Shown: piece after piece, positions 20,301 through 31,093 of the stretch
How the letters are laid out: each line of letters begins with the position of its first letter
How positions within the stretch are numbered: the stretch's first letter is position 1
Origin: Bacteroidota bacterium
Lineage (GTDB): Bacteria; Bacteroidota; Bacteroidia; Palsa-965
DNA: 64,000 nt
Assembly: GCA_013289095.1 (NCBI GenBank)
Contig: JABDAO010000001.1
Coordinates: 31,223 to 95,222 of the forward strand
Direction: 5' to 3'
Translations under genes and position numbers: made by a program
Notes under the pieces: model-generated
What the model was told of the DNA's origin: nothing
The model's database searches: none
The model's input: only the letters and a program-made list of their open reading frames with translations

Positions 20301-20489
20301 TTGAACAATTTTATAGCCCATACCGATTTGGCCGATCTGAAACTACAGGCCCAGGATAAACTCAACAAAATACAGGAAGCCGAAAAAGCGAAGGCACTGG
20401 CAAAACCCGAAAAAGACATTACCATTCCGATGGATACTCCGGAAGATCAGAAACTGTTTGAGGACGATAAAAAAGAAACCCCGCAATGA
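17355..20489 (+). CDS. Large secreted tetratricopeptide-repeat protein (possible lipoprotein)
   Basis: 1044 aa. A signal peptide with Cys (VVLMCG). TPR motifs throughout. A Lys/Glu-rich C-terminus. Confidence 0.75.
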   Translation: MNKMSGVRWVLAVVLMCGFNQTLQAQKTAIYTDKDAEFKQGLDLFEKQQYASAQHCFIETTLGLTDRNTLVCSEADYYSALCSMELFHRDAEYLLKKFLKDHPESPRVKSVYLNLGRYNYRKKNYHDAIEWFNHVDSYDLNASERSEYYFKRGYSYLQNNSDEKAKTDFAEVKDEPGVYAVPALYYHAHVLYTEKSYESALQEFQKLIKDPTFGAVVPYYIAQIFYLQHKYEEVIQYAPDLLDSASTKRAPELARILGESYFKTNRYKEAIPYLERYHKSALLNRPDSYELGYAYFMSDNFDAALLSFKDAIGPDDSLSQNASYHLGCCYLKKNNKQLAQNAFSEASRMHFSREIREDALFSFAELTYELSYSPFNEAIKALQQYIAEYPGSPKADQAYAFLVKINLVTKNYEEALKSIESIKLLKEELKPVYQQIAYNRGVELYNNFEYDPAIALFRKAMKYPVDPVTNALGKYWTAEASYQKAERKPDPQLYETALDNYRLYMVAPGAPRTPMYNTVDYEIGYALFQLKQYPEAVIAFRKYVLQKEEPAEKRCNAYMRIGDGYYVTKDFLNAADYYDLAFSTKTDKGSEKDYALYHKGMAQGLEKKYEKKIATLVALLKLYPQSPYTVASKYEVAHTCQLIDKLDEAIPYYQSLITENNGSPYVRKSYDQLGLIYYNKNDYDNALQSYEKVVSMNINSEEAINDIPQIQHIYEDIKKDPEGYATWLKQHGRDVAASHLDSATYQIANRYYTDGDCGKAVEALGKYISKYPSGIFCTESNFMNAECKLKNKDLDGALGGYSYVLNQPSGKYTEPSLRRAAAICFNKGDFKTAYDDYSKLEAWPQDANDARIGMMRAAWALKDYDNAPIAANKILTSDNVSADLATEAHLVLARSAMQKQNTDLAYNEYALAKAGSKNENGAEAAYNIALIQNIRKDYKLSEKSVFEIMKEQAGYKVWVGKSFLLLSDNYIALNDTFQAKYVLNNFIAHTDLADLKLQAQDKLNKIQEAEKAKALAKPEKDITIPMDTPEDQKLFEDDKKETPQ

Positions 20490-22174
20490 TGAACGCAACG
20501 AAATGGATACTCGTCCTGGTGTTTGTTGGTTTCGGCGCAACGACCCGTGCACAGAACGCTCCGATACCCGATGATCAGATAAAGACCATTGTCATTTCTG
20601 AATACATCCCTTCGATCAATGATCATCCGAAAAAAATTACGGAAACCCCCTCTATTCTCGATACCGTTGTGCATGCACCAAATACCGAGTACAAACTTGT
20701 TCCACGAAAATTCGACACCTACTACGCCGTTGACCCAATCAAGTCGGCAAAGATGGAAGGCGAACGTTTGGATGCATTAAATAAATTATACCTTAAAGGC
20801 GGGATAGGGAATTATCTGAGCGCTTATGGAGAAGGATTTTACAGCGCCGGACGTTCGAAAGACGATGACTACGGCATCCATGTCAGGCATTTCTCCTCTT
20901 CTTCGTCCGTGGGCGGCACACCAGGGTTTAGCGGGTACAGCGATGATGATGTGAACCTGTTTGGAACGAAATTCATCGGAAAACACTCGCTCGATGCCGA
21001 CATTAATTATACACGCAACTCCGTGTATTTTTATGGCGATGACCTGGGCAGTTTCCAGCATGCCAAAGACTCTATTCATCAGTATTTCAATTGTGTTTCG
21101 GCCAATCTTGCCCTGCTCAGCCATTATCCCGACTCAACCAAGCTCAACCACAGTGTGAAGCTGAACTATTATTTCATGGACGATCATTACAAAACCAGCG
21201 AAAATAATCTAAAAGTTTCGGGTACTATGTGGCGTTACCTCCACGACGAGTTGGTTGGCATGGATCTCTCGGCTGATTACTACAGCGATCATGCCTTGCG
21301 TGACACAAACACCATGACCATCCTCCACCTCCACCCCTATATGGCTGCGGAAGGCGAAAAATGGGAAGTGAAAGTGGGTCTTTCGGCCTATGCCGAATTT
21401 AGCAAACAAGCCCCGTTTTATTCATTCATGCCCGATGCCGAGGCCAGTTATGACATTTACAAACACATTCTGACCCCATACGTTGCTTTCGAGGACGGCG
21501 ACGTACGGAACAGTTACCGCTACCTGACATCCGAAAACCCGTTTGTAAACCCCGATGTTGTGGGAGGCATTCAAAACACACGGTATAAATACTCGGTCGT
21601 TGGGGGATTGCGTGGAGTGCTGAGCTCAAGCTTATCGTACGATGCACATGCATCCTTTGGAGAGGTTGAAAATGCGGCATTCTTCGTGAATGACACAGCT
21701 GATGCGCAGCACAATAAATTTACCGTTGTTTACGACGACGGGACCCTGTTCAAGGCCCATGGCGAAATCGGGTACCAGAAAACAGAAAAGCTCCATTTCC
21801 TGGTGAAGGCCGATTATATAAAATATTTCCTCTATCATGAATTGCATCAATGGCATACCCCGACAACACGCCTGACACTCAGCGCCAACTATAACCTCCG
21901 CGAAAAATTTCTGATCAAGGCCGATCTGTTTGCATTGAACGAGCAATATGCACCCGTTTATGCCCGCAGCGCCGGAGCCCCACATGCAGTGACGCTTACC
22001 ACCAAGACCCTGGGCCCCTTGGTGGATGCAAACCTGGGTGTAGAATACCGTTACTCAAAATATCTTTCGGCCTTTCTGACCTGCAATAATATCGGGGCCT
22101 TAAAATATTATCAATGGAATGACTACCCTACCCAGGCCTTCAATTTACTTTTGGGTATCTCCTACATTTTCTAG
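20486..22174 (+). CDS. Predicted outer-membrane beta-barrel protein
   Basis: Signal peptide MMNATKWILVLVFVGFGATTRAQ, alternating amphipathic beta-strand pattern, C-terminal ISYIF. Its start overlaps the TPR gene's stop (ATGA). Confidence 0.55.
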   Translation: MMNATKWILVLVFVGFGATTRAQNAPIPDDQIKTIVISEYIPSINDHPKKITETPSILDTVVHAPNTEYKLVPRKFDTYYAVDPIKSAKMEGERLDALNKLYLKGGIGNYLSAYGEGFYSAGRSKDDDYGIHVRHFSSSSSVGGTPGFSGYSDDDVNLFGTKFIGKHSLDADINYTRNSVYFYGDDLGSFQHAKDSIHQYFNCVSANLALLSHYPDSTKLNHSVKLNYYFMDDHYKTSENNLKVSGTMWRYLHDELVGMDLSADYYSDHALRDTNTMTILHLHPYMAAEGEKWEVKVGLSAYAEFSKQAPFYSFMPDAEASYDIYKHILTPYVAFEDGDVRNSYRYLTSENPFVNPDVVGGIQNTRYKYSVVGGLRGVLSSSLSYDAHASFGEVENAAFFVNDTADAQHNKFTVVYDDGTLFKAHGEIGYQKTEKLHFLVKADYIKYFLYHELHQWHTPTTRLTLSANYNLREKFLIKADLFALNEQYAPVYARSAGAPHAVTLTTKTLGPLVDANLGVEYRYSKYLSAFLTCNNIGALKYYQWNDYPTQAFNLLLGISYIF

Positions 22175-22425
22175 CCTGGTTTGAGCCTGGCATTGCATGC
22201 AATTACCACTTGATAATTTTGATGAGGGGCAGCAGATCAGGACTGATACCGGTTAGATTAAACCGAGGCGGATCAAGAAGTAAATCCTACAAAATTTAGT
22301 ATATTTTCTATTTACTCTTTCCTGCACGGATTACCAAGCATATAGTCTTGTTTTTTATGAACAAATGTTCATAAAACAAGAGCATTTTCACCCCCTTCCG
22401 CACCTTCTAAACCCTTAATATTCAC

Positions 22426-22433
22426 TATATTTG
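22426..22433 (+). promoter_or_regulatory. Candidate Bacteroidota sigma-A -7 element (TAnnTTTG) for gyrB
   Basis: TATATTTG lies 38 bp upstream of the gyrB ATG. I saw no clear -33 TTTG. Confidence 0.3.
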
Positions 22434-22441
22434 AAGGATAA

Positions 22442-24442
<2,001 letters not shown>

Positions 24443-24461
24443 CCGGATCAATTCAAAAAAA

Positions 24462-24496
24462 GAAGCCCTTCTGATCATCAGGAGGGCTTTTTTTGG
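24462..24496 (+). terminator. Rho-independent terminator after gyrB
   Basis: AAGCCCT...AGGGCTT stem followed by a T7 run. Confidence 0.6.
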
Positions 24497-24540
24497 GCGG
24501 TTAAAATCAACAATGTCAATCCCTGTTCCACGAAACGAAA

Positions 24541-24580
24541 AAGCCCTGCTCCGTAAGAGCAAGGGCTTTTTCGTTTTAAA
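24541..24580. terminator. Bidirectional hairpin terminator between convergent gyrB and the SprB-repeat gene
   Basis: AAGCCCTGCTC-cgtaa-GAGCAAGGGCTT stem with an A-run upstream and a T-run downstream. Confidence 0.55.
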
Positions 24581-24589
24581 GAACAATGG

Positions 24590-27500
24590 CTATTTCATCA
24601 GATTCAGCATCCCGGTATAAACATGTTTGTTGCCCTGGAAGTCGAGTACATTCACCCGGTAAACATAGACATCTATCTGGGAAATATTGGGGCCATGGTT
24701 GGCTCTTCCATCCCAGCCTTCATCCCATACCGTACTTTCGTACAACTCATTTCCCCAGCGGTCGAAAATGTATAAAGTATATTGGCTGAAATCAATTCCG
24801 ATCCCGTTCGGACGCCAGACATCGTTATGCCCATCGCCGTTTGGAGTAAAGGCATCGGGAGCATAGAATTCATATTCAGGCTGGATGCATACTTCCGAAT
24901 GTGTTGAATCTTTACATCCGAATGCGTTTTGAACGTACAGGGTCACCCGATAGCATCCTGTGTCCGGGTAGGTATAATGTGTATTCTGCAAAGTATCGCC
25001 GGCGTTGACCACATCACCGAAGTTCCACGTCCATTTGTTGGCTCCAATACTGGTATTTGTAAAAGCGATAGAGGGATTAACGATGGAGGCAACGGCAGGG
25101 GTAGCGTTAAATGCTGCGATCGGCACCGGAAATTCAGTCATGTATCCCGGCTTACTGGTAACCGAAGTACAACCATGAATATCTTGTATCGTCAGTCCGA
25201 CGGTAAAGAAGGTAGCCACGGTGTCAGAAGGGTAACAGTGGTGTATCACACCACAACCGCTGCCCGTCGTACCATCGCCAAACACCCACTGAGCGCTTTG
25301 ACAGGCCGGCGTGGAAGTGGCCTGGAAGTTGGCGCAGAGCGGCGAGCAGCCAATTGTATCGGTAGCTGTAAAGGAGATGATCGGAGGGGCATACAGGGTG
25401 ATGGTCACAAATGCCGAATCTGAAGGTGTGCCGCAGTTATCTGTCACATGTACCGTATAGGTGGTGGCAATGGCAGGTGTTGCAGTTGGGGTAGCTGTAT
25501 TGGCCCCGGTTAAATTTGCTCCGGGTGTCCATACATACGTGTATTGATTATCCCCACCTGTAGCGCTTGCAAAAAGCGCAGTGGAATTACCCGGACAGAT
25601 TGAGGTATCATTCGAGACCGCGACAGTAAGCGACGGGTTTACCGTTACCTGTACATTTACCAGGGTGCTTGCACACTGGTTGGCATCGGTACAAACAACC
25701 ATATAACTGGAGGTAACCAGGGGCGAAACAGGAGGCGTTACCGGGGCCCCGGCCGAATTGATCCAGGCATAGGTATAGCCAGGTGTGCCTCCAGCGCCTT
25801 GTGCAATAAGGGGGGTATTTTGCGAGATACAAATGGTAGCGGCAGTAGTGGTTACCGTCACCGCAGTCGGCTGGGTGATCTGTATGGTTTGAGCATTAAA
25901 ACAGCCACTTGCATCCTTGATCGTGCAGGTATAAAATCCTGCTCCCAAACCGGTGGCGGTAGCGGTAGTATTTCCGCCTGGCACCCATGAATAAGTGTAA
26001 GGTGCAGCGCCACCAACAACACCGGCAGTGGCAGACCCATTGATACCATTAAAACAGCTGTCGTTTACAGAGGCAAGGATGGAAACCGTAATGCCAGGGA
26101 GGTTATGCACGGTGGAGGTGTCATGTACCTGACAGTTTTTGGAATCGGTTACGGTGATGGTATAGACCCCGGGAACCAGATTGTCATAACCGGGTGTTGC
26201 ACTACCGGGCGTTGGAGTCCAGGAATAGGTGTAAGGCACGGTGCCACCGGCAACACTCACAGAATCGGAGCCATCGGGCAGGTTGCAATTTGCACTCTTC
26301 GGAAACAGGGTGAGCGCCATGGCAGCAGGCTGACCCACTACGGTAGTACCCGGAATGGTACATCCCGAGGCATCGGTAACCGTGATATTATAATTTCCTG
26401 CACAGATGTTATTGCAGCTCGGCGTGGTACAACCCGAATTCCAGGAATAAGTATACGGACTCGTACCTCCGGCAGGAATACAAATAAGCTGTCCGTTGCA
26501 CCCCCCGTTGCAACTGGCATTGATCCCTGCAACATTGATGGTCAGGGCAAGTGGTTGCAGGACGCTGTCGATTTGCGTAGCCGTACATCCTTTGGAATCG
26601 GTCATGGTGCAGGTATAATTACCGGCGCAAAGAGCTGTGGCCGAGGCGGCAGCGCCTCCGGATGGGGCCCAGGCATAGGTATAGGGAAGTGTGCCTCCGG
26701 TGGCGTTCACATTCGCCACACCATTACAGAGCCCGTTGCAGGTGATATTTGTTTTTGTTCCCGTACTTGCCAGTACGGCTGGCTGGTTGATATTTTGACT
26801 GGCCGAAACTTTACATCCGTTGGCATCGGTCACAGAAACAGTATACAAACCAAAGGTCAGTCCATTTTCTACATTCGTAATCCCGGCCCCGGGGGTCCAG
26901 GAATAAGTAAGAGGAGCCGCCCCACCGGTAACAGTAGCTGTGATGGAGCCATTGTTCCCCCCAAAACAGGTCACGTTTGTAAAGGCCGAAATGACCATCG
27001 TCGGGCCACCGGTATTGCTTACGTTTACGGTGGCCGTTTGCGAGCAACCGCCAGAAGTAACTGTTACGGAGTAGGCTCCTGCCGGAATATTAGTCAATGT
27101 GGCAGCAGTACCGGCAACCGGGCTCCAGGAATAGGTGAAAGGCCCGGCTCCGGGAGCTGTAACGGTGGCAGAGCCATCGCTCTGGCCACAGGTGGCTCCT
27201 ACAAACGAAGTAGTCAAGACGGGCGGTGCACCCACGGTAATCGTACTCGTGGCAGTGCCCGTACAAGCTCCGGCAGTTCCGGTAACGGTATAGGTAGTAG
27301 TACCTGTTGGTGTTGCAACAACCGTGGCGCCGGTTGAGGCGCTGAGTGTACCGGCCGGGCTCCAGCTATACGTTGTTGCCCCAGCGGCGGTAAGCGTTAC
27401 AGTGCCTCCTGGACAAACAGTGGAGGTAAGTGGGGTTACGGTAACAGGCGCTGCTCCTACGGTAACCGTGGCAGTAGCAGTACCGGTACAACCTCCGCTG

Positions 27501-28642
27501 GTTCCGGTAACAGTATAGGTAGTTGTCCCGTTAGGCGGGGTGGCTACAACGGTAGCGCCGGTTGATGAACTCAGGGTACCAGCCGGGCTCCAGCTATACG
27601 TAGTGGCTCCGGCAGCGGTGAGGCTAACGGTTCCTCCATTACACAAGGTGGTGGTTACAGGCGTCACCGTGACGGCTGTTCCGCCTACGGTTACGGTTAC
27701 ATTGCTGGTCAAATTTATCACAGAACCATCGCAACTTGTATTTTTAAGATTTGCTGTATATGTTGTGGTTGTAGTTGGACAAACGTTTATAGTGGGGGTT
27801 GTTCCGATGCTCGTTCCGGCTGCATTCGTCCAGTTTAAGGTATAGCTCGGAGCCCCTGTAGGCGAAAATCGCCAGCCTTCGTTGGTGGCCGACCATTGTG
27901 TACTGTTGCGTCCGGGCACGGTAACACAACTGGTATAGGTCGTATTCTGAATCCCTAAAATACCAGCCCCCGCATTCCAGCTGGCGCAGAGTGGCCTGCT
28001 TTGAATATAGACATCAATATAATTGGTTGTTTCGTTTAGTACACACTGCTGTGTAGCGATGAGGTTGTTGCAGGAATAATCGGGTACCACATCCCAGTTG
28101 ATGACAAACTGACGGCAGGGAGCAGTTCCATAGATAGCCCATGTAATATTGCCCGACACGGCCGGATCAATATCGACGTAGGGAGCCATAATATTGGTAG
28201 GGTAGCTTGAATTCGGGATCGGTCCGGGCGACTGGCTCCAGGGATCGGTGTTGTTGGCCTGGGTCAGATCGAATGTAATATCACCATTTGCACCAATCAC
28301 TAATTGATTATAGGAGGTGCCATAATAACAAAAGTTAAAGGGGATGTTAAGAACAGGTGAGAACCAATCATCAATTCCAATCAAAACTGCCGTTCCGGCA
28401 GTAAATGAAGTAGGATTATAGGGAATCGCCGCCACCGAATAAGAGGCCGTACCCAAAGTGCCCTGAACAGTGGTAGTAAGGTTGGTGCAATTTCCGGGAC
28501 AAACCGTAGAAGGGCTGCCAACAGCAATCGAGGCCGCAACTTCGGGACATCCCGTTGTCTGAGAATAAATCCCAAACGGGAGAAAAAGAAGGCACGCAAA
28601 CACGATGAGTTGCGCGACGAAGGAATGTCTTCCTGACTTCAT
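24590..28642 (-). CDS. Giant cell-surface adhesin-like protein: SprB repeats and Ig/PKD-like domains, with a T9SS type-B (gliding-motility-associated) C-terminal domain
   Basis: 1350 aa. Signal peptide MKSGRHSFVAQLIVFACLLFLPFG. At least eight SprB-type repeats (G..PYTYSW / TTYSWSP). A C-terminal ~90 aa matching the CHU_C / gliding C-terminal domain pattern (FTPNGDGHND...). A ~210-bp internal direct duplication. Confidence 0.8.
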   Translation of the reverse strand: MKSGRHSFVAQLIVFACLLFLPFGIYSQTTGCPEVAASIAVGSPSTVCPGNCTNLTTTVQGTLGTASYSVAAIPYNPTSFTAGTAVLIGIDDWFSPVLNIPFNFCYYGTSYNQLVIGANGDITFDLTQANNTDPWSQSPGPIPNSSYPTNIMAPYVDIDPAVSGNITWAIYGTAPCRQFVINWDVVPDYSCNNLIATQQCVLNETTNYIDVYIQSRPLCASWNAGAGILGIQNTTYTSCVTVPGRNSTQWSATNEGWRFSPTGAPSYTLNWTNAAGTSIGTTPTINVCPTTTTTYTANLKNTSCDGSVINLTSNVTVTVGGTAVTVTPVTTTLCNGGTVSLTAAGATTYSWSPAGTLSSSTGATVVATPPNGTTTYTVTGTSGGCTGTATATVTVGAAPVTVTPLTSTVCPGGTVTLTAAGATTYSWSPAGTLSASTGATVVATPTGTTTYTVTGTAGACTGTATSTITVGAPPVLTTSFVGATCGQSDGSATVTAPGAGPFTYSWSPVAGTAATLTNIPAGAYSVTVTSGGCSQTATVNVSNTGGPTMVISAFTNVTCFGGNNGSITATVTGGAAPLTYSWTPGAGITNVENGLTFGLYTVSVTDANGCKVSASQNINQPAVLASTGTKTNITCNGLCNGVANVNATGGTLPYTYAWAPSGGAAASATALCAGNYTCTMTDSKGCTATQIDSVLQPLALTINVAGINASCNGGCNGQLICIPAGGTSPYTYSWNSGCTTPSCNNICAGNYNITVTDASGCTIPGTTVVGQPAAMALTLFPKSANCNLPDGSDSVSVAGGTVPYTYSWTPTPGSATPGYDNLVPGVYTITVTDSKNCQVHDTSTVHNLPGITVSILASVNDSCFNGINGSATAGVVGGAAPYTYSWVPGGNTTATATGLGAGFYTCTIKDASGCFNAQTIQITQPTAVTVTTTAATICISQNTPLIAQGAGGTPGYTYAWINSAGAPVTPPVSPLVTSSYMVVCTDANQCASTLVNVQVTVNPSLTVAVSNDTSICPGNSTALFASATGGDNQYTYVWTPGANLTGANTATPTATPAIATTYTVHVTDNCGTPSDSAFVTITLYAPPIISFTATDTIGCSPLCANFQATSTPACQSAQWVFGDGTTGSGCGVIHHCYPSDTVATFFTVGLTIQDIHGCTSVTSKPGYMTEFPVPIAAFNATPAVASIVNPSIAFTNTSIGANKWTWNFGDVVNAGDTLQNTHYTYPDTGCYRVTLYVQNAFGCKDSTHSEVCIQPEYEFYAPDAFTPNGDGHNDVWRPNGIGIDFSQYTLYIFDRWGNELYESTVWDEGWDGRANHGPNISQIDVYVYRVNVLDFQGNKHVYTGMLNLMK

Positions 28643-29098
28643 TTATTCAAGGATAACTGGAGACGTTGGAATTACTATTGGTACTACAAGTTCGGAATAA
28701 AACAGAACAGCGCAAAGAGAATCAGTGTTTTTAGACGAACATCAATTATTTTATGACGAATCTCGTATTTTTTATGTCCAATATTGAGAATTGAAAAAAA
28801 AAACACGACTGATTTATGCATTCTATCCGGCAAAGCTTTATACAGCTAATTTTATAAGCAGCTGATTTCTACATCACTTTCTATTCCTTTGTACAGGAAA
28901 TGGGTCCAAGTTATTCGTCTGTTATTGTGAATTGGTGAAAATACCGCTGACATTTTTACTGCCGGAGACAGCGTATGTGTGCGGATTTCTCGTTTCAAAT
29001 CCTGAAGTTCAGAACTGATCTAATCATGGATTCGGTGGGTTCTGCATTCACTCCCTTATTTCAAAAGAAGTTTTTGTACAGCTACCGTTTTATCGGTA

Positions 29099-29389
29099 GT
29101 TAGGGTTCACTCAAAAGGTCGGCAATCTAGTGGAGGACTTTTTGAGTGAACACTAAGTAACCCCGCGCTTTAGCGCGGGGTATAAATACCCCACATCCGC
29201 GGGCTTTAGCCCAATAAGCATGCACCTGGCGTTCTCTTTTGGGCTGAAGCCCAACGTTCAAAGGGATGACATACCCCGCGCTAAAGCGCGGGGTTACTAA
29301 TTGATGCAGGTAACGTACCTTTTAATAGGTTGATAAATACACGCAAGGAAGCCTATCGTGTTCTGACTTTTTGAGTGAACCCTAATTAA
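29099..29389. mobile_element. MITE-like non-autonomous element with 17-bp terminal inverted repeats (TTAGGGTTCACTCAAAA) and two REP-like palindromes inside
   Basis: Left end TTAGGGTTCACTCAAAAGGTCGGCAATCTAGTGGAGGA (itself a hairpin with CTTTTTGAGTGAAC). Right end TTTTGAGTGAACCCTAA at 29369-29385. Interior carries ACCCCGCGCTTTAGCGCGGGGT and its partner. A second copy is at 47396-47729. Confidence 0.5.
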
Positions 29390-29472
29390 TATTTACCCGA
29401 ATCTCGCTCAAAACATGAATCTTTTCTACCTTAGCTACCGATTATTCAGAACATCATCTAAACTATCAAGCT

Positions 29473-30414
29473 ATGAAAGTTACCGTAGTAGGAGCAGGAA
29501 ACGTAGGAGCTACATGCGCCGATGTAATTGCCCACAAAGAGTTGGCCAATGAGGTTGTATTGGTTGACATCAAAGAAAATTTTGCCGAAGGAAAAGCGCT
29601 GGACATCTGGCAGACCGCTCCGATCAATATGTACGATACCCGGATAACCGGATCGACCAACGATTACTCAAAAACAGCAAACTCAGATGTGGTGGTGATC
29701 ACCTCCGGTCTTCCGCGTAAGCCCGGCATGAGTCGTGATGACCTTATTTCGACAAACGCCGGGATTGTAAAAAGCGTGACCGAAAACATCATCAAGCATT
29801 CTCCAAAAGCAATCATCATCATCGTATCCAATCCGCTGGATGTAATGACCTATTGTGCCTACCTGACCGCTAAAATTGATTCAAAACGCGTGTTTGGTAT
29901 GGCCGGCATACTCGACACCGCACGTTACCGCGCATTCCTGGCCGAGGCCCTGAACTGCTCGCCGAAAGATATACAGGCTGTGTTGATGGGCGGGCATGGT
30001 GATACCATGGTTCCACTCCCCCGTTACACCACCGTAGGCGGGATTCCGGTTACCGAACTCATCTCCAAAGAAAAACTGGATGCCATCATCGAACGCACCA
30101 AAAAAGGCGGGGGCGAAATCGTCAACCTGCTCGGCACATCGGCCTGGTATGCTCCCGGAGCTGCTGCTGCACAGATGGTGGAAGCCATCCTACGCGACCA
30201 GAAACGCATCTTCCCGGTCTGCGCGATGCTGAACGGTGAATATGGCCTGAAAAATATCTACCTCGGAGTTCCGGTGAAACTGGGCAAGAACGGTATCGAA
30301 GAAATCATAGAACTGAAACTGAACAAGGAAGAAAAAGAACTGCTCGATGCTTCGGCAAAATCGGTCAAGGAAGTCATGACTGTGCTTGACAACATGAATA
30401 TGGCAGTTAAATAG
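29473..30414 (+). CDS. mdh: Malate dehydrogenase (LDH-like MDH family)
   Basis: VVGAGNVGAT Rossmann motif, the catalytic region with the DTARYR segment, 313 aa. Confidence 0.95.
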   Translation: MKVTVVGAGNVGATCADVIAHKELANEVVLVDIKENFAEGKALDIWQTAPINMYDTRITGSTNDYSKTANSDVVVITSGLPRKPGMSRDDLISTNAGIVKSVTENIIKHSPKAIIIIVSNPLDVMTYCAYLTAKIDSKRVFGMAGILDTARYRAFLAEALNCSPKDIQAVLMGGHGDTMVPLPRYTTVGGIPVTELISKEKLDAIIERTKKGGGEIVNLLGTSAWYAPGAAAAQMVEAILRDQKRIFPVCAMLNGEYGLKNIYLGVPVKLGKNGIEEIIELKLNKEEKELLDASAKSVKEVMTVLDNMNMAVK

Positions 30415-30436
30415 CCCGGCCCCGCTTTAATAACAA

Positions 30437-30469
30437 CGTCCCGGTATCCCCGGGACGTTTTTTTTTGCC
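30437..30469 (+). terminator. Rho-independent terminator after mdh
   Basis: ACGTCCCGG-tatc-CCCGGGACGT followed by T11. Confidence 0.75.
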
Positions 30470-30595
30470 TCCTCTTTATTTCTGGATAACTGTCAATTAT
30501 CAGACAAAACCGATACCCTGGTTTTGCAAAACATACATTATTCTTCGTAAATTCGTTTAAATTGTGATGTCCTGTTTGTTCTGATTAGCTGAAAT

Positions 30596-31081
30596 ATGGG
30601 GAAATCTGTTTTAAAAATTCGTTTTGTCAGGCTAAATGATTTTGGTTGTCATTTGCTCATCCGGGTTAAAATCAATGAAAAACCTGCCACCCTTCTTATC
30701 GACACCGGTGCATCCAATACGGTATTCGACAAAGCCCGTATTGAGACCCTCATGGGCGTTTCAAGGTTCAAGGCCAACCGCCGAAAGAGCACAGGGTTAG
30801 GCACCAACTCCATGGAAAGCCATGAGGTGAGCCTGGCTTCTTTTGAGCTTGGGACGCTCGTCCTTCTGGATTATTATACCATCGCCCTCGATCTGAGCCA
30901 TGTAAACCATTCGTATAAAAAGATGAAGATCAAACCAATTGACGGGGTGCTCGGAAGCGATCTGCTCAGCCGTTTTCATGCCGTTGTTGATTATAAACAG
31001 AAGACATTGACCCTGGAATTTCCTGTAGCCACCATCGTGGCAAAAAAGCCGGCAAGAAGAAAAAGACCCGTTCTTTCATAA
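30596..31081 (+). CDS. Retropepsin-like (clan AA) aspartic peptidase
   Basis: LLIDTGAS active-site motif in a 161-aa protein. It is a single gene flanked by terminators. Confidence 0.6.
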   Translation: MGKSVLKIRFVRLNDFGCHLLIRVKINEKPATLLIDTGASNTVFDKARIETLMGVSRFKANRRKSTGLGTNSMESHEVSLASFELGTLVLLDYYTIALDLSHVNHSYKKMKIKPIDGVLGSDLLSRFHAVVDYKQKTLTLEFPVATIVAKKPARRKRPVLS

Positions 31082-31093
31082 AAGGGATTCTTT

